A DNA stretch of 32,000 bases from Candidatus Harpocratesius repetitus (GCA_021498095.1 JAIZWK010000001.1:2610001-2642000), one strand, 5' to 3'. Shown: positions 1 through 8,823, counted from the first letter of the stretch. Program-made: numbers and translations. The notes: generated by a model from the letters alone, not told the origin.

Positions 1-82
1 TAAAGATCTTAACTGCTAAATGGAGAGATTGATTAATTTTAGAAAAAAGAACTCTTCAGATACAATTTAAAGAATGTTCGAA

Positions 83-823
83 TTAATTGGCAATGAAGGA
101 AAATACTGTGATATAGTGAAATGCTAAAGCTACAGTGACTAAAACATGAAATATCTCGTGGAAGTGTTTAGGTTTTTTAGTAGCAAATAAAATTGCACCT
201 ATACTCGTAAAGATTCCACATCCGAATAACAGCATAATTGTAGATGAACTCATCTGAGAAAAAGCATATTGAACTGGGATCAGCGCGCTCCATCCCATGA
301 TCAGATAAATTATAGCAGTTTTCCATCTTTTTATTACTGCAAATTTAATCTTAAAGAGAATTCCCATTAAAGCACTTCCCCATTGAAATCCGATTGTGAG
401 TTTACGTAAAAGTCCTTCAAGATAAAAAACTGCAATTGGAGTAAAAGCTCCTGCGATAACTACATAGATTGCGATTTCATCCACTAAGGTCCATCGGGAA
501 AAATCTTCTTCATTTCGTTTGTGCATGTGCCATAAACCACTAGCGAAAAACACAAATATTAAACTAAATCCATAAATCCAAATCGTTAAAAAATATCCTT
601 CACCAGGTGTTGCTTCAATTAGTAGTGCAATTAGTCCTAATAATGCTAAGAAACCGCTAATTAAATGTGAAAGAACGTTGAACTTTTCATGTGGATTTTG
701 AATATGAAAATGCTGATGCAACCATAAATGAAATGCAGTGCTTGGAGGATCTGTCTGTAGTGAATTATCTAAACCCAGAGCACAAGAAGTCTGCTTCCAA
801 TTAATAGAAGTTACATCTTTCAT
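83..823 (-). CDS. PAQR / hemolysin III family membrane protein (TrhA-like)
   Basis: About 7 hydrophobic segments with the PAQR motifs EKFNVLSH (ExxNxxxH), SGLWH (SxxxH), DEIAIY and HEIFH (HxxxH). Confidence 0.88.
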   Translation of the reverse strand: MKDVTSINWKQTSCALGLDNSLQTDPPSTAFHLWLHQHFHIQNPHEKFNVLSHLISGFLALLGLIALLIEATPGEGYFLTIWIYGFSLIFVFFASGLWHMHKRNEEDFSRWTLVDEIAIYVVIAGAFTPIAVFYLEGLLRKLTIGFQWGSALMGILFKIKFAVIKRWKTAIIYLIMGWSALIPVQYAFSQMSSSTIMLLFGCGIFTSIGAILFATKKPKHFHEIFHVLVTVALAFHYITVFSFIAN

Positions 824-978
824 AAAGTTACCAACAAAACTCTAATGTTTATATTCAGCTTATGAGAAATTTTCCAAAATACATTGTATTTAGATAACTT
901 TTACTTTGATTCTATTGATATTTGTGAAGTTAAGCAATAATCGATTTATATAGAAAGAAATTTGCATAAATAATAAAA

Positions 979-1001
979 CATCAATTGTGATTCAATTGAT
1001 G
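979..1001. promoter_or_regulatory. Perfect 9-bp inverted repeat (catcaattg-N5-caattgatg); terminator or regulator site
   Basis: Seen directly between the flavodoxin stop (1041) and the PAQR start (823). Function is inferred. Confidence 0.35.
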
Positions 1002-1040
1002 ATTTTGAAAAATTTTAAAGTTGGCAGTAAATACCAAAAA

Positions 1041-1589
1041 TTAAAAATTACTTAATATCTCATCTGTAAATTGTTGAACATTATCAAAATCTTCTTGAGT
1101 TGGGTGTTTTCGGAGCATTGGTTTGAATTTATTCCATTCTTCTTTATCAGTGATGATATTTAGATGAATAAATTTTTCAATAAAAAAATTCGCTGAACCT
1201 TGGCAGTGAAAATCTCCTAGAAATTCAATTTTTTTATCATTTGCAGTTTTTTCAAAAACTTCATGGCATTTTCCTGCCCACCTATCAAAAAGCTGCTTAT
1301 TTCTTTCTGATCCTTCTGGAAGAACTGTAGAATGAGTATAGAATCCTGCAAATTTAAAAGTAGATGAATCAGGTAATTTGCTCAAAAATTTTTGTATAGG
1401 TTTAGCTAAAGTTGAATTATGACATGGAGCTCCAATAAAAAGTAAATCATATTTATCTAACATATTCAAAGATACTTTTTTTAAAGGTAAAATACTTGAA
1501 TTATGCTCTTTTGCTGCAGTATTATGTATAATATCTGCTATTTTCTTAGTATTCCCTGTTTTTGTATAATATATTACTAAAATATTCAT
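1041..1589 (-). CDS. Flavodoxin family protein
   Basis: N-terminal FMN phosphate loop YYTKTGNTKKIA, followed by LLFIGAP, FAGFYT and LGDFHCQG strands typical of flavodoxin folds. Confidence 0.85.
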   Translation of the reverse strand: MNILVIYYTKTGNTKKIADIIHNTAAKEHNSSILPLKKVSLNMLDKYDLLFIGAPCHNSTLAKPIQKFLSKLPDSSTFKFAGFYTHSTVLPEGSERNKQLFDRWAGKCHEVFEKTANDKKIEFLGDFHCQGSANFFIEKFIHLNIITDKEEWNKFKPMLRKHPTQEDFDNVQQFTDEILSNF

Positions 1590-1902
1590 TTTTTTAGTCC
1601 TCTTACCATTAAAAATTATTAATTTATATTTTTAACGCTAATTGATTGATGAAAATTAAGATGAAATAAATTGTATTTAGAAGCCAATAGCTGTCAAAAA
1701 AAAAAGGAATTCCAATAGGAATTAGAATAAAAAGTAAATTAAGAAGTAAATTAATAAAAATAAAAAAAGGATAAGTTTGGTATTGAAGAATAAATGAAGG
1801 GTAATTCAATAAAGAAAGAAGATGTATTTAAATAAAATTGCAATTTTATAATTGAAATCTCTATTAAGACTGAATTTTTATTAACCAGAAATCTTCTTTT
1901 TT

Positions 1903-2418
1903 TTATTTTTTATGCACACCATGGAAAATTCGTTTCTTTCGCTGAATTCCTGTGTGTTCTTCTCCATTTGTATCCAAAATTTCAATATTATATTGATTCT
2001 GTATATTTTCTATAAATATACTAATACCTTGGCTGATCGATTGAAATTCGGCTGTAAAATCCTCAAATGAACTTTCTACTAAAGCATCGATTTCAATGTA
2101 AATATCTCCCTTATTAGCCGAAAAAGTCACTTCGGGTAAATCATAATTTAATTGAAGACACATTTCATATATATCACAGCGTAATTTTGATTTCAACCGA
2201 TTTATTTTTAGAACCAGACATTTTACATGGATCCATTCTTCAACAGAAAAAATTATTACATCAAAATTGTGTTTTTCTTCAAAACGATAGGTACAAACTA
2301 AAGCAGGGAATTTATCTTCAGTTTTATTTCCAATGTCTTGGTGTTTAAATGGAATTCCTAAATTATCTAAAAACTGTCCAATTTTTTCAAGATTCCTCTT
2401 TTCTTCATCATATCCCAT
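1903..2418 (-). CDS. YbjN-domain (T3SS-chaperone-like fold) protein
   Basis: Acidic 171-aa protein with the pattern IYEMCLQLNYDLPEVTFSANKGDIYIEID, resembling the YbjN L-x-x-N motif followed by beta strands. Confidence 0.65.
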   Translation of the reverse strand: MGYDEEKRNLEKIGQFLDNLGIPFKHQDIGNKTEDKFPALVCTYRFEEKHNFDVIIFSVEEWIHVKCLVLKINRLKSKLRCDIYEMCLQLNYDLPEVTFSANKGDIYIEIDALVESSFEDFTAEFQSISQGISIFIENIQNQYNIEILDTNGEEHTGIQRKKRIFHGVHKK

Positions 2419-2457
2419 TTTCTTATATGTTTAAGTGCAAAATTAGATAAAAATTAT

Positions 2458-3147
2458 TTGAGATCTGATTTTTCATCACTTATGAATCCAGTTCAAACTT
2501 CAGATATTATCAAATTTTGGGTTATCGACAATCCTTCTGGAATATGCATATTTAACCAAACTTTTGCAGAACTTCCGAATGATATTAATTCTGATTTGAC
2601 TGCAGGATATTTATTCGCTATTACAACGCTTTCCCAAGAGATTGTTCAAGAAAATATTCGTTTTTTGCAGTTAGAGAATTTAAGGTTTGTTTATGGTATT
2701 ACTTCACGGTTAGTATTAATCTTGCTAACAAAAAATGAAATTTCATCCTTTGAATCATCGCAGATGTTAAATAAACTTCGTTTAAAATTTGGGGAGAAAT
2801 ATGCATTATTATTAGAACATAATCAATTTTTTGATATTTCGAAATTTAGAGATTTTGCAATGGATGTTGAGCAAATTCTAAATAGGGAAACTTTGTACTT
2901 CAATATTTTAGCCAAACGTTCTGAAAATATTGAAAAATTCTTTAAAGATGCGACGAATGAATGGCAATCGATTCAAAATTCTATAAAAAATCAAGTAAAA
3001 AAGATTGGCACTTGGATAATAAGAGATTCATTAACGATCTCTCGTAATATTCAAAATTCATTAATAAAAAATCGGGAAAAGTCCAAAAAATCCAAAGAAT
3101 CGAAAAAATTAGAACATGATAATCAATCACGTGGGGGATGGGTATAG
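2458..3147 (+). CDS. Asgard-type longin/roadblock-like domain protein with a basic C-terminal helical tail (ATG at 2482 is an alternative start)
   Basis: FWVIDNPSGICIFNQTF...LTAGYLFAITTLSQEI...IRFLQLENLRFVY...LVLILL follows the beta-beta-alpha-beta-beta-beta longin pattern common in Lokiarchaeia. Confidence 0.65.
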   Translation: MRSDFSSLMNPVQTSDIIKFWVIDNPSGICIFNQTFAELPNDINSDLTAGYLFAITTLSQEIVQENIRFLQLENLRFVYGITSRLVLILLTKNEISSFESSQMLNKLRLKFGEKYALLLEHNQFFDISKFRDFAMDVEQILNRETLYFNILAKRSENIEKFFKDATNEWQSIQNSIKNQVKKIGTWIIRDSLTISRNIQNSLIKNREKSKKSKESKKLEHDNQSRGGWV

Positions 3148-3167
3148 ATCTTTTTTCTTTTTGATTA
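3141..3167 (+). repeat. 27-bp direct repeat, copy 1 (ggtatagatcttttttctttttgatta), covering the stop codon and T-rich terminator of the longin-like gene
   Basis: Identical to 4198-4224. Confidence 0.92.
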
Positions 3168-3182
3168 GAAAATATCTTCACA

Positions 3183-3608
3183 TTAGATATCTAAATTTTC
3201 CCAATTCACCAAATTAATTAAAGGTACTCTTTCAAAATGCTGAATATTTCTTGTATATAAGATATCTTCTTCATCTACAATAATGCTGGCAATTAATTCA
3301 TCTAAATCTCCAATTTTTGCACCTTTGATCTGTAAATTTGCTGAAATCCTTGCATATTCTTTCATACTATTAAATGTTGGAAATACAATTGTAAATCGAG
3401 AAAGAAATCTTTCAACCAAACTCATGTTATGTGCAACGCGTTTTGATAAAAATGCACCTCGAAAAAGTTCTGCATAATTATAAATGGTTGTTTTAACCTC
3501 AGAATTATTCATGAATAACCATGAGAGAACCTTTCTTGCTATTTTATTGATCTCTTGATTTTGGGGTTGTAAACATTTAATCATGAGATCTGAGTCTATA
3601 AACGGCAT
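3183..3608 (-). CDS. vapC: PIN-domain toxin (VapC family)
   Basis: MPFIDSDLMI (first acidic PIN motif), YNYAEL, IGDLDELIAS and LYTRNIQHF. The ATG at 3608 lies one base after the antitoxin stop, so it is preferred over the ORF-track start at 3662. Confidence 0.9.
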   Translation of the reverse strand: MPFIDSDLMIKCLQPQNQEINKIARKVLSWLFMNNSEVKTTIYNYAELFRGAFLSKRVAHNMSLVERFLSRFTIVFPTFNSMKEYARISANLQIKGAKIGDLDELIASIIVDEEDILYTRNIQHFERVPLINLVNWENLDI

Positions 3609-3609
3609 T

Positions 3610-3867
3610 TTAATCATCCCAAGAATCAGTTCGATGTGTTTTTGAGGCTTTTCGATTTTCATAGATCTTTTTTTCTATCTCATCCCATTCCCCTTTTTCT
3701 GCTTCTTCCAATTTTCCATAAAAACAGGATATATCTGGTTGACTCGATTTCTGATCATTTTCTTTTATTAGTCTGGAAATCAAATCAGAAAAAGTTTCTT
3801 TACTCTTCTTTCTTTTTTTTAACGAATTATATATATTCTCAGGTAAAGAAATTGTTTTCTGTGTCAT
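3610..3867 (-). CDS. vapB: Archaeal VapB-type antitoxin (ribbon-helix-helix-like N-terminus)
   Basis: MTQKTISLPENIYNSLKKRKKSKETFSDLISRLI is the typical archaeal antitoxin N-terminus. Acidic C-terminus; directly upstream of the PIN gene. Confidence 0.88.
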   Translation of the reverse strand: MTQKTISLPENIYNSLKKRKKSKETFSDLISRLIKENDQKSSQPDISCFYGKLEEAEKGEWDEIEKKIYENRKASKTHRTDSWDD

Positions 3868-3889
3868 TAAATATTAATATTAAATACAA

Positions 3890-3907
3890 CTATAAAACAT
3901 TTTATAG
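3890..3907. promoter_or_regulatory. Palindromic operator (ctataaaa-ca-ttttatag) overlapping the TATA-like box of vapBC
   Basis: Perfect 8-bp inverted repeat 23-40 bp upstream of the vapB start. Type II TA operons typically autorepress at such sites. Confidence 0.55.
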
Positions 3908-4197
3908 ATATAAAAATAATTCAAAATATGCAATATTAAAGTGTTAGTGAACATAATTAGTTATAATATATTCAAAAAAGGCAAATTTATCTTAACATTG
4001 TGACAATGTTGATAAGCTTTAATGTTAAACAGCATTTGATATAAATTTCCAAAATTCATCGAAAATACATTTTTTCTCTTATATTTTAGTATGAACTTAT
4101 TTTTTTGGCTTTTAGAAAATGAGTTATATTTTTTTTTCATATATAAATCTTATAAAAACTAAAAATCTCGAAAAAATATTCATCTACATGGTGGGAT

Positions 4198-4224
4198 GGT
4201 ATAGATCTTTTTTCTTTTTGATTA
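4198..4224 (+). repeat. 27-bp direct repeat, copy 2
   Basis: Identical to 3141-3167, 1057 bp downstream. Preceded by a degenerate gtgggat similar to the bases before copy 1. Confidence 0.92.
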
Positions 4225-4245
4225 TTTACGATTTAAATTCTATTT

Positions 4246-5064
4246 TTATATTTTTCCAATAAATTCTCTCAAATCTCTTTCAAAATTAGGATGCTCTTCC
4301 AAATTATGACCTGTATCCCTATATATTTTCAAAATACTATTTGGAATTTGTTCTGCCATACTTTTTGCACTTTCTACTGTAAAGTAGTAATCTTCATCTC
4401 CGATAATAATTAAAATAGGCTTTTTAATCAAGGCAAAATGATCTGAAGCATCGTGGGTCCCTTCTGCTTCAAATTCGATGAGAATATCTTCTGAAAAAGT
4501 GTCATATTTTGGTATTTTTACAAAGAATGAAGTGAGAAATAAAGCGAATTTTATCAAGGCTTTTTTTATTTTAGAATTTGAGAAAATTTCTCCCATTATG
4601 CTGAATGCCTTCGCTTTTTTGCCTTCGCTTAGATACTTTGAAAATCTCCTATCTAATTCCAATCCTTTTTCTGTTGGTTTGTTTGTTGCTCCTAAAATAA
4701 TTAAATAATCAAATAAATTCGGATACATAGCAGCAAAATGTTGTGCAATTATTCCACCATAAGAATATCCAATAATTACATCAACTTTATTATTAAAATC
4801 ATTCTCAATTAATGTAGCATAATCTTGAGCCATTAATTCTGTTGTATATCCTTCCCTTAACCCAATTTTTCGGCTAAGCATAGTTATGGTATATTCTTCT
4901 TTAAATGGAAAAAATCCTTTAGCAAAGACAGAAAACAGCATTCCTCTTGGTAGGATGTCTCCCGGTCCTCCATAAAAAACAAGCATTTGCTTCTTTCCAT
5001 TTCCAAAACGGATATAAGGAATATTATTCGATGAGATATTTTCAATATAAGCTATTTTTGCCAT
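4246..5064 (-). CDS. Alpha/beta fold hydrolase
   Basis: Oxyanion-loop-like YGGPG, nucleophile elbow GYSYGG, acid in GDEDYY and His in DTGHN. Confidence 0.9.
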   Translation of the reverse strand: MAKIAYIENISSNNIPYIRFGNGKKQMLVFYGGPGDILPRGMLFSVFAKGFFPFKEEYTITMLSRKIGLREGYTTELMAQDYATLIENDFNNKVDVIIGYSYGGIIAQHFAAMYPNLFDYLIILGATNKPTEKGLELDRRFSKYLSEGKKAKAFSIMGEIFSNSKIKKALIKFALFLTSFFVKIPKYDTFSEDILIEFEAEGTHDASDHFALIKKPILIIIGDEDYYFTVESAKSMAEQIPNSILKIYRDTGHNLEEHPNFERDLREFIGKI

Positions 5065-5098
5065 AAATGATCATCTGTTTCATTGCGATTATTTTTTC

Positions 5099-5120
5099 CT
5101 GATCAAATATGATCAACCAA
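5099..5120 (+). repeat. 22-bp inverted repeat, left arm (ctgatcaaatatgatcaaccaa)
   Basis: Its reverse complement matches 6083-6104 at 21/22 positions. Confidence 0.85.
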
Positions 5121-5268
5121 AATCGCTATTGGTTAAATCATAAAAATAATTCCATCTATTTAAATCTTTGGAAAGAAAATTGAGAGAAAAATGCCTAAAG
5201 TCCACTGAAATGCTCAGAATTAATATGAGCATAAAGAAAATGGAAAAAAAATTTTTAAAAATTTGTAT

Positions 5269-5631
5269 CTAAGGTGGATCTTTTCTACTATCTGATTCTT
5301 CAAAATTTTTCTGATTATCTGAAGAATTTATTTCAGTTTCTTTTTCATTCCAAAAAGATTTTGGAAGCCAACCCGGTCTTCCATTTTTAAAATATTTATC
5401 TTTATTTTTTGATAAAAATGATGCGACTTTTTCAATATTTTCCGAAACTTTCGATGTCGAATCAAAAGCGATATTATTCTTTTCGTATTTGAAATTTTGA
5501 AGACTTTTGGTTAAGATTTTCTTTAAACCGTTGTTGAAAAAGGTGAATGCAGGCGTTGTTTTAGAAACGTCTTCAAATTCTTGATATACTGAAGACGAGT
5601 TAGAAAATATATATTCTTGTGAATTATTCAT
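5269..5631 (-). CDS. Hypothetical protein (120 aa)
   Basis: ATG start with a purine-rich RBS-like stretch upstream and a GRPGWLPKSFW motif. No family recognised. Confidence 0.5.
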   Translation of the reverse strand: MNNSQEYIFSNSSSVYQEFEDVSKTTPAFTFFNNGLKKILTKSLQNFKYEKNNIAFDSTSKVSENIEKVASFLSKNKDKYFKNGRPGWLPKSFWNEKETEINSSDNQKNFEESDSRKDPP

Positions 5632-5763
5632 AGATGCCCCACTAACCTTTATTTTTACTTAACTTTAAAAGCTCCTTACTTCGATACAACTCGACATCGA
5701 AAATTATTCATTTTATTCTATCAAATTAAATCGTCTCTAATAGCAATGGCTAAATTTAAATCA

Positions 5764-6045
5764 TTAGTTAATTAACATAACTATATATGAAAACCTGGGC
5801 GATCCATCCTTTTTCTGCTTGGACGATGAGACACGGGCGTAAATATAGGTGCATTTGATCTTTTCATCCTTACTTAATTTTTCGATTTCCACCGAATCGG
5901 GCAAATAATCAGCCAGCTGCTTCCAAGTGTATCTTCGATGATTATCCAAAGTTCTTTTTGGTACCAAATATCCCTTTTTATCCCATCTGCGGAGGGTTGC
6001 GATGGTGACGCCGATTAAAGCGGCGGTTTCTGAGATAGATAACAT
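5764..6045 (-). pseudogene. tnpA: Truncated IS607-family TnpA (MerR-like HTH plus the start of a serine recombinase domain)
   Basis: MLSISETAALIGVTIATLRRWDKKGYLVPKRTLDNHRRY (IS607 HTH) and YIYARVSSSKQKKDG (catalytic Ser motif), then an abrupt non-homologous tail and stop. Visibly higher GC than the flanks; no tnpB nearby. Confidence 0.88.
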
Positions 6046-6082
6046 ATGAATAAATTTTATCAAGATATATTTAAAAATTATG

Positions 6083-6104
6083 TTGGATGATCATATTTGA
6101 TCAG
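6083..6104 (-). repeat. 22-bp inverted repeat, right arm (ttggatgatcatatttgatcag)
   Basis: Partner of 5099-5120, one mismatch. Confidence 0.85.
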
Positions 6105-6191
6105 AGTTTGATTTACAGTGAACAAGCCATTTTTATTTATAATAACAAAAAAAGATTGCTTTATTATATAAATTAAAAAATAGCATGCTCA

Positions 6192-6854
6192 TTAATATAC
6201 CCATCCAGCGATTACAGCAATAACATTCATAATAATTGGAACCGCATATATGCCACCAATTGAGAGAAATCGCTTTTTTAGGTTTTTTATTTTTAATATC
6301 AAAATACATGCTACATAGAAATGGAAATATCCGATGAAAAAGATAAGCCAAATCCCTGTAAATGACCTATTCCAAAAAGGATATTCCCAAATGAGCAAGT
6401 TGCCTATATTTAATAACACTTCTACGAAAACACAGAATGCTGCCAAAATTATGGCATAAAACCATCGATTTGGAATCCCTAATATCTTCTTCTTCTCATC
6501 TTCTTCTAACATATATGCAAAAATAATCCCATTTAGTAAAAACATAAATATTATTTCTATATTCCAGCCAATAGTTACTCGTAATGCTGTTTCACCTGGA
6601 GTTGTCCAAAATGCACTTCGATTTGTAAATATTAAGATCCAGCCATTCCAGGTCTCATTAAAAAAATCCATTCCAAATACTGTCAAACCGCAGGCTATAA
6701 TATCCCAGTTACCTGTATTGCGTGCTTTTCTTATTTCAAATGCATAAATATAAAAAACTAAGGCTAATAGTGGAATAACATACCATTTCATAGTGCTCCA
6801 ATCGCGCAATCCATTTAAAGCTTGCAATGTTGCTTCAGAATAATCGAGAAACAT
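6192..6854 (-). CDS. Conserved multi-pass membrane protein of unknown function (paralog A)
   Basis: About 7 hydrophobic segments. Clear similarity to 8142-8774: EATxQALNxLR, WYVI, KKILGIPNR vs EKIFGIPNR, WEYPFW vs WVYPWW. Confidence 0.8.
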   Translation of the reverse strand: MFLDYSEATLQALNGLRDWSTMKWYVIPLLALVFYIYAFEIRKARNTGNWDIIACGLTVFGMDFFNETWNGWILIFTNRSAFWTTPGETALRVTIGWNIEIIFMFLLNGIIFAYMLEEDEKKKILGIPNRWFYAIILAAFCVFVEVLLNIGNLLIWEYPFWNRSFTGIWLIFFIGYFHFYVACILILKIKNLKKRFLSIGGIYAVPIIMNVIAVIAGWVY

Positions 6855-6890
6855 AAGTCTATATTGAGTTGTTAAAATATAAAAATTCGA

Positions 6891-7944
6891 TTGGGTATTA
6901 ATTCTATAAAAGAAAAACGTAAAAATTATTTATTAGATATGAAAATTATGCATATTGATGATATTATTCATTGTGTATCAGATAATGTACTGCAGACTAA
7001 AATGGAGAATTTTGGAATAGTTTTAAGCCTTTGGAATGAAAATGTACAAAAATTAGTAGAATCAATTGCAGAACATAAAGGGAATGATTTATATCATCAA
7101 GCAGATACAGCTTTGAAAGGAGTACTTCGTAATATTTTTAGAACAGGTGAATTTTTTGCAGAGATATTGATTTCAAAGAAAATTCAACCTAAAACTAAAT
7201 TGAATATTTTCATATTGAGGTTGATGCCTTTTTCATTATTGAAAATAAAATGTTTAAAGCGATTGAAGCAAAAATGTTTACTTCTCCTATAAATGACGAG
7301 CTCCGTATTTTAAGGCGTTTGCAATCGCATGTTCTGCTAGAAAAATATCTTGTTTCTAGAAAATGTTTTTATTTTTTAATTGGATTTTCATTTCTTTATA
7401 AAAATTCCTTTTTTGATGAAAATCCACAAAAAGTTAAAGACTTCATTTATGTATATTAGATGAAAATTTAATGAATAAAAAGGGAAAACCCTTTTTTACC
7501 CCAAAAGAATTAGCTCAGAAAGAATTAGCAATTATTCATAAGCATAATTTAAAAGTACAAAAATATGTAATAGAAGCGATCAAAAGAAATAATTCTCCTT
7601 TTTTTAACAAAGATTTAGAAATAAATATCTGTCTTAATTATAACATATTAAAGGTGCAGTATATGTCAGGATTAATTATTGAATTGAAAAAAGAGATAAA
7701 GGAAAAAAATATTGCATTAAAAATGAAAGATGATGCTCTTAAAATGAAAGATGATGCTCTTAAAATGAAAGAAAAAGGGTTACTAATTGAACGAGCCGAA
7801 AAATTCTTGGAACGAGCGGATAAATTAGAACTTGAAGCAAAATACATTATTCAAGATCCAGATCAAAAACAAATGAAAATGAATCTTGCTCAAGATTTAA
7901 AGAAAAAAGCTAAGAATTTGAAAAGACAAGCAAAAAATATATAA
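6891..7944 (+). pseudogene. Doubly frameshifted PD-(D/E)XK nuclease-like protein with a C-terminal heptad coiled coil
   Basis: ORFs 6891-7292, 7250-7459 and 7471-7944 lie in successive -1 frames. Adding one A near 7199 and one near 7437 joins them into one ~335-350-aa frame containing IEVDAFFII...KAIEAK (D...ExK). Confidence 0.6.
7720..7772 (+). repeat. In-frame 21-bp tandem repeat (aaaatgaaagatgatgctctt x2.5; KMKDDAL)
   Basis: Two perfect copies plus a partial third. Confidence 0.9.
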
Positions 7945-8141
7945 GATTTTTTATCTCTTTGACAAAAGTAATTAAATTCATTAATTTTAATCCAGCATGA
8001 TTGTATTTATTTTATTTTATTTATCTGATTTTTTTATTTTCTTATAAGAAATCATTATAAGTCAATAAAGCAAATTCAAATTCATAGTTTAGTATTGTTA
8101 TTTCCATTATTATTAAGCTGAAAAAATGGTGATTTAAAATT

Positions 8142-8774
8142 ATGCTTTTTGAACTGAATAACCCTGAAGCGACTCAGCAAGCACTTAACATTCTTAGGAA
8201 AGGAGATAATTTTCAGTGGTATGTTATTTTCATGCTTGTTATTGTTATGTATATATATTTTTCTGAAATTGGAAAGAAAAATTGGAAGATTATTGCATCT
8301 GGTCTAACTCTCTATGGAATTCACTGGTTTGTCGAGATCGTTAATGCTCTAATACAACATTTTTCAGGACACGCACTATGGACTGTTCCAAAAGGAACTG
8401 CTTTATTATTATTGGTTGGAGTAGGTGTAGAATTAAGTCTGATGTTTTCAATTGCAGGAATAGCTGTTGCTAAAATGCTACCAGAAGATCCTAAAGAAAA
8501 AATATTTGGTATTCCAAATAGGTTATTCTATGGATTATTCAATGCTGCTTTTGCTTCAATATTGGAGATTTTCTTGGTTATGACTCCAACATTTGTTTGG
8601 GTATATCCTTGGTGGGGAGCTTTAACAGTTTTTATTACAGTTTACATTCCTTTCTTTTGTGGAGCAACTTATGCTTATGATTGGAAACCTAAGACTCGCC
8701 GTATAGTAATCGGCTCAATTTGGGCAGTTGATTTTATAATGCTGCTAATATTCATCCCAATTGGCTGGATATAA
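8142..8774 (+). CDS. Conserved multi-pass membrane protein of unknown function (paralog B)
   Basis: Paralog of 6192-6854; RBS-like ggtgat upstream. Confidence 0.8.
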   Translation: MLFELNNPEATQQALNILRKGDNFQWYVIFMLVIVMYIYFSEIGKKNWKIIASGLTLYGIHWFVEIVNALIQHFSGHALWTVPKGTALLLLVGVGVELSLMFSIAGIAVAKMLPEDPKEKIFGIPNRLFYGLFNAAFASILEIFLVMTPTFVWVYPWWGALTVFITVYIPFFCGATYAYDWKPKTRRIVIGSIWAVDFIMLLIFIPIGWI

Positions 8775-8823
8775 GTATTATGATTGGTAATCAAATAAAA
8801 CTCGAAATATTTTTATTATATTT

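Noticed and set aside
83-823. Hemolysin as a virulence toxin
   Set aside because: The name is historical; PAQR/HlyIII proteins are widespread membrane-homeostasis proteins.
1624-1809. 61-aa hydrophobic ORF
   Set aside because: TTG start, no RBS, and an A-rich opposite strand that naturally yields F/I/L codons. A small membrane protein cannot be excluded but is unsupported.
3660-3676. Partial third match to the 27-bp direct repeat (atagatcttttttt)
   Set aside because: Short, mostly a T-run, and inside vapB coding sequence (EKKIY); likely chance.
4246-5064. Hydrolase acting as a proline/hydroxyproline peptidase feeding HypD
   Set aside because: It is 3.9 kb away on the other strand, with no motif specifying substrate.
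5269-5631. TnpB or Fanzor-like nuclease next to IS607 tnpA
   Set aside because: Only 120 aa, with no RuvC acidic motifs or CxxC zinc finger.
7190-7460. Programmed -1 ribosomal frameshifting in the nuclease-like gene
   Set aside because: No canonical X-XXY-YYZ slippery heptamer or downstream structure at the required positions; simple single-base losses explain it.
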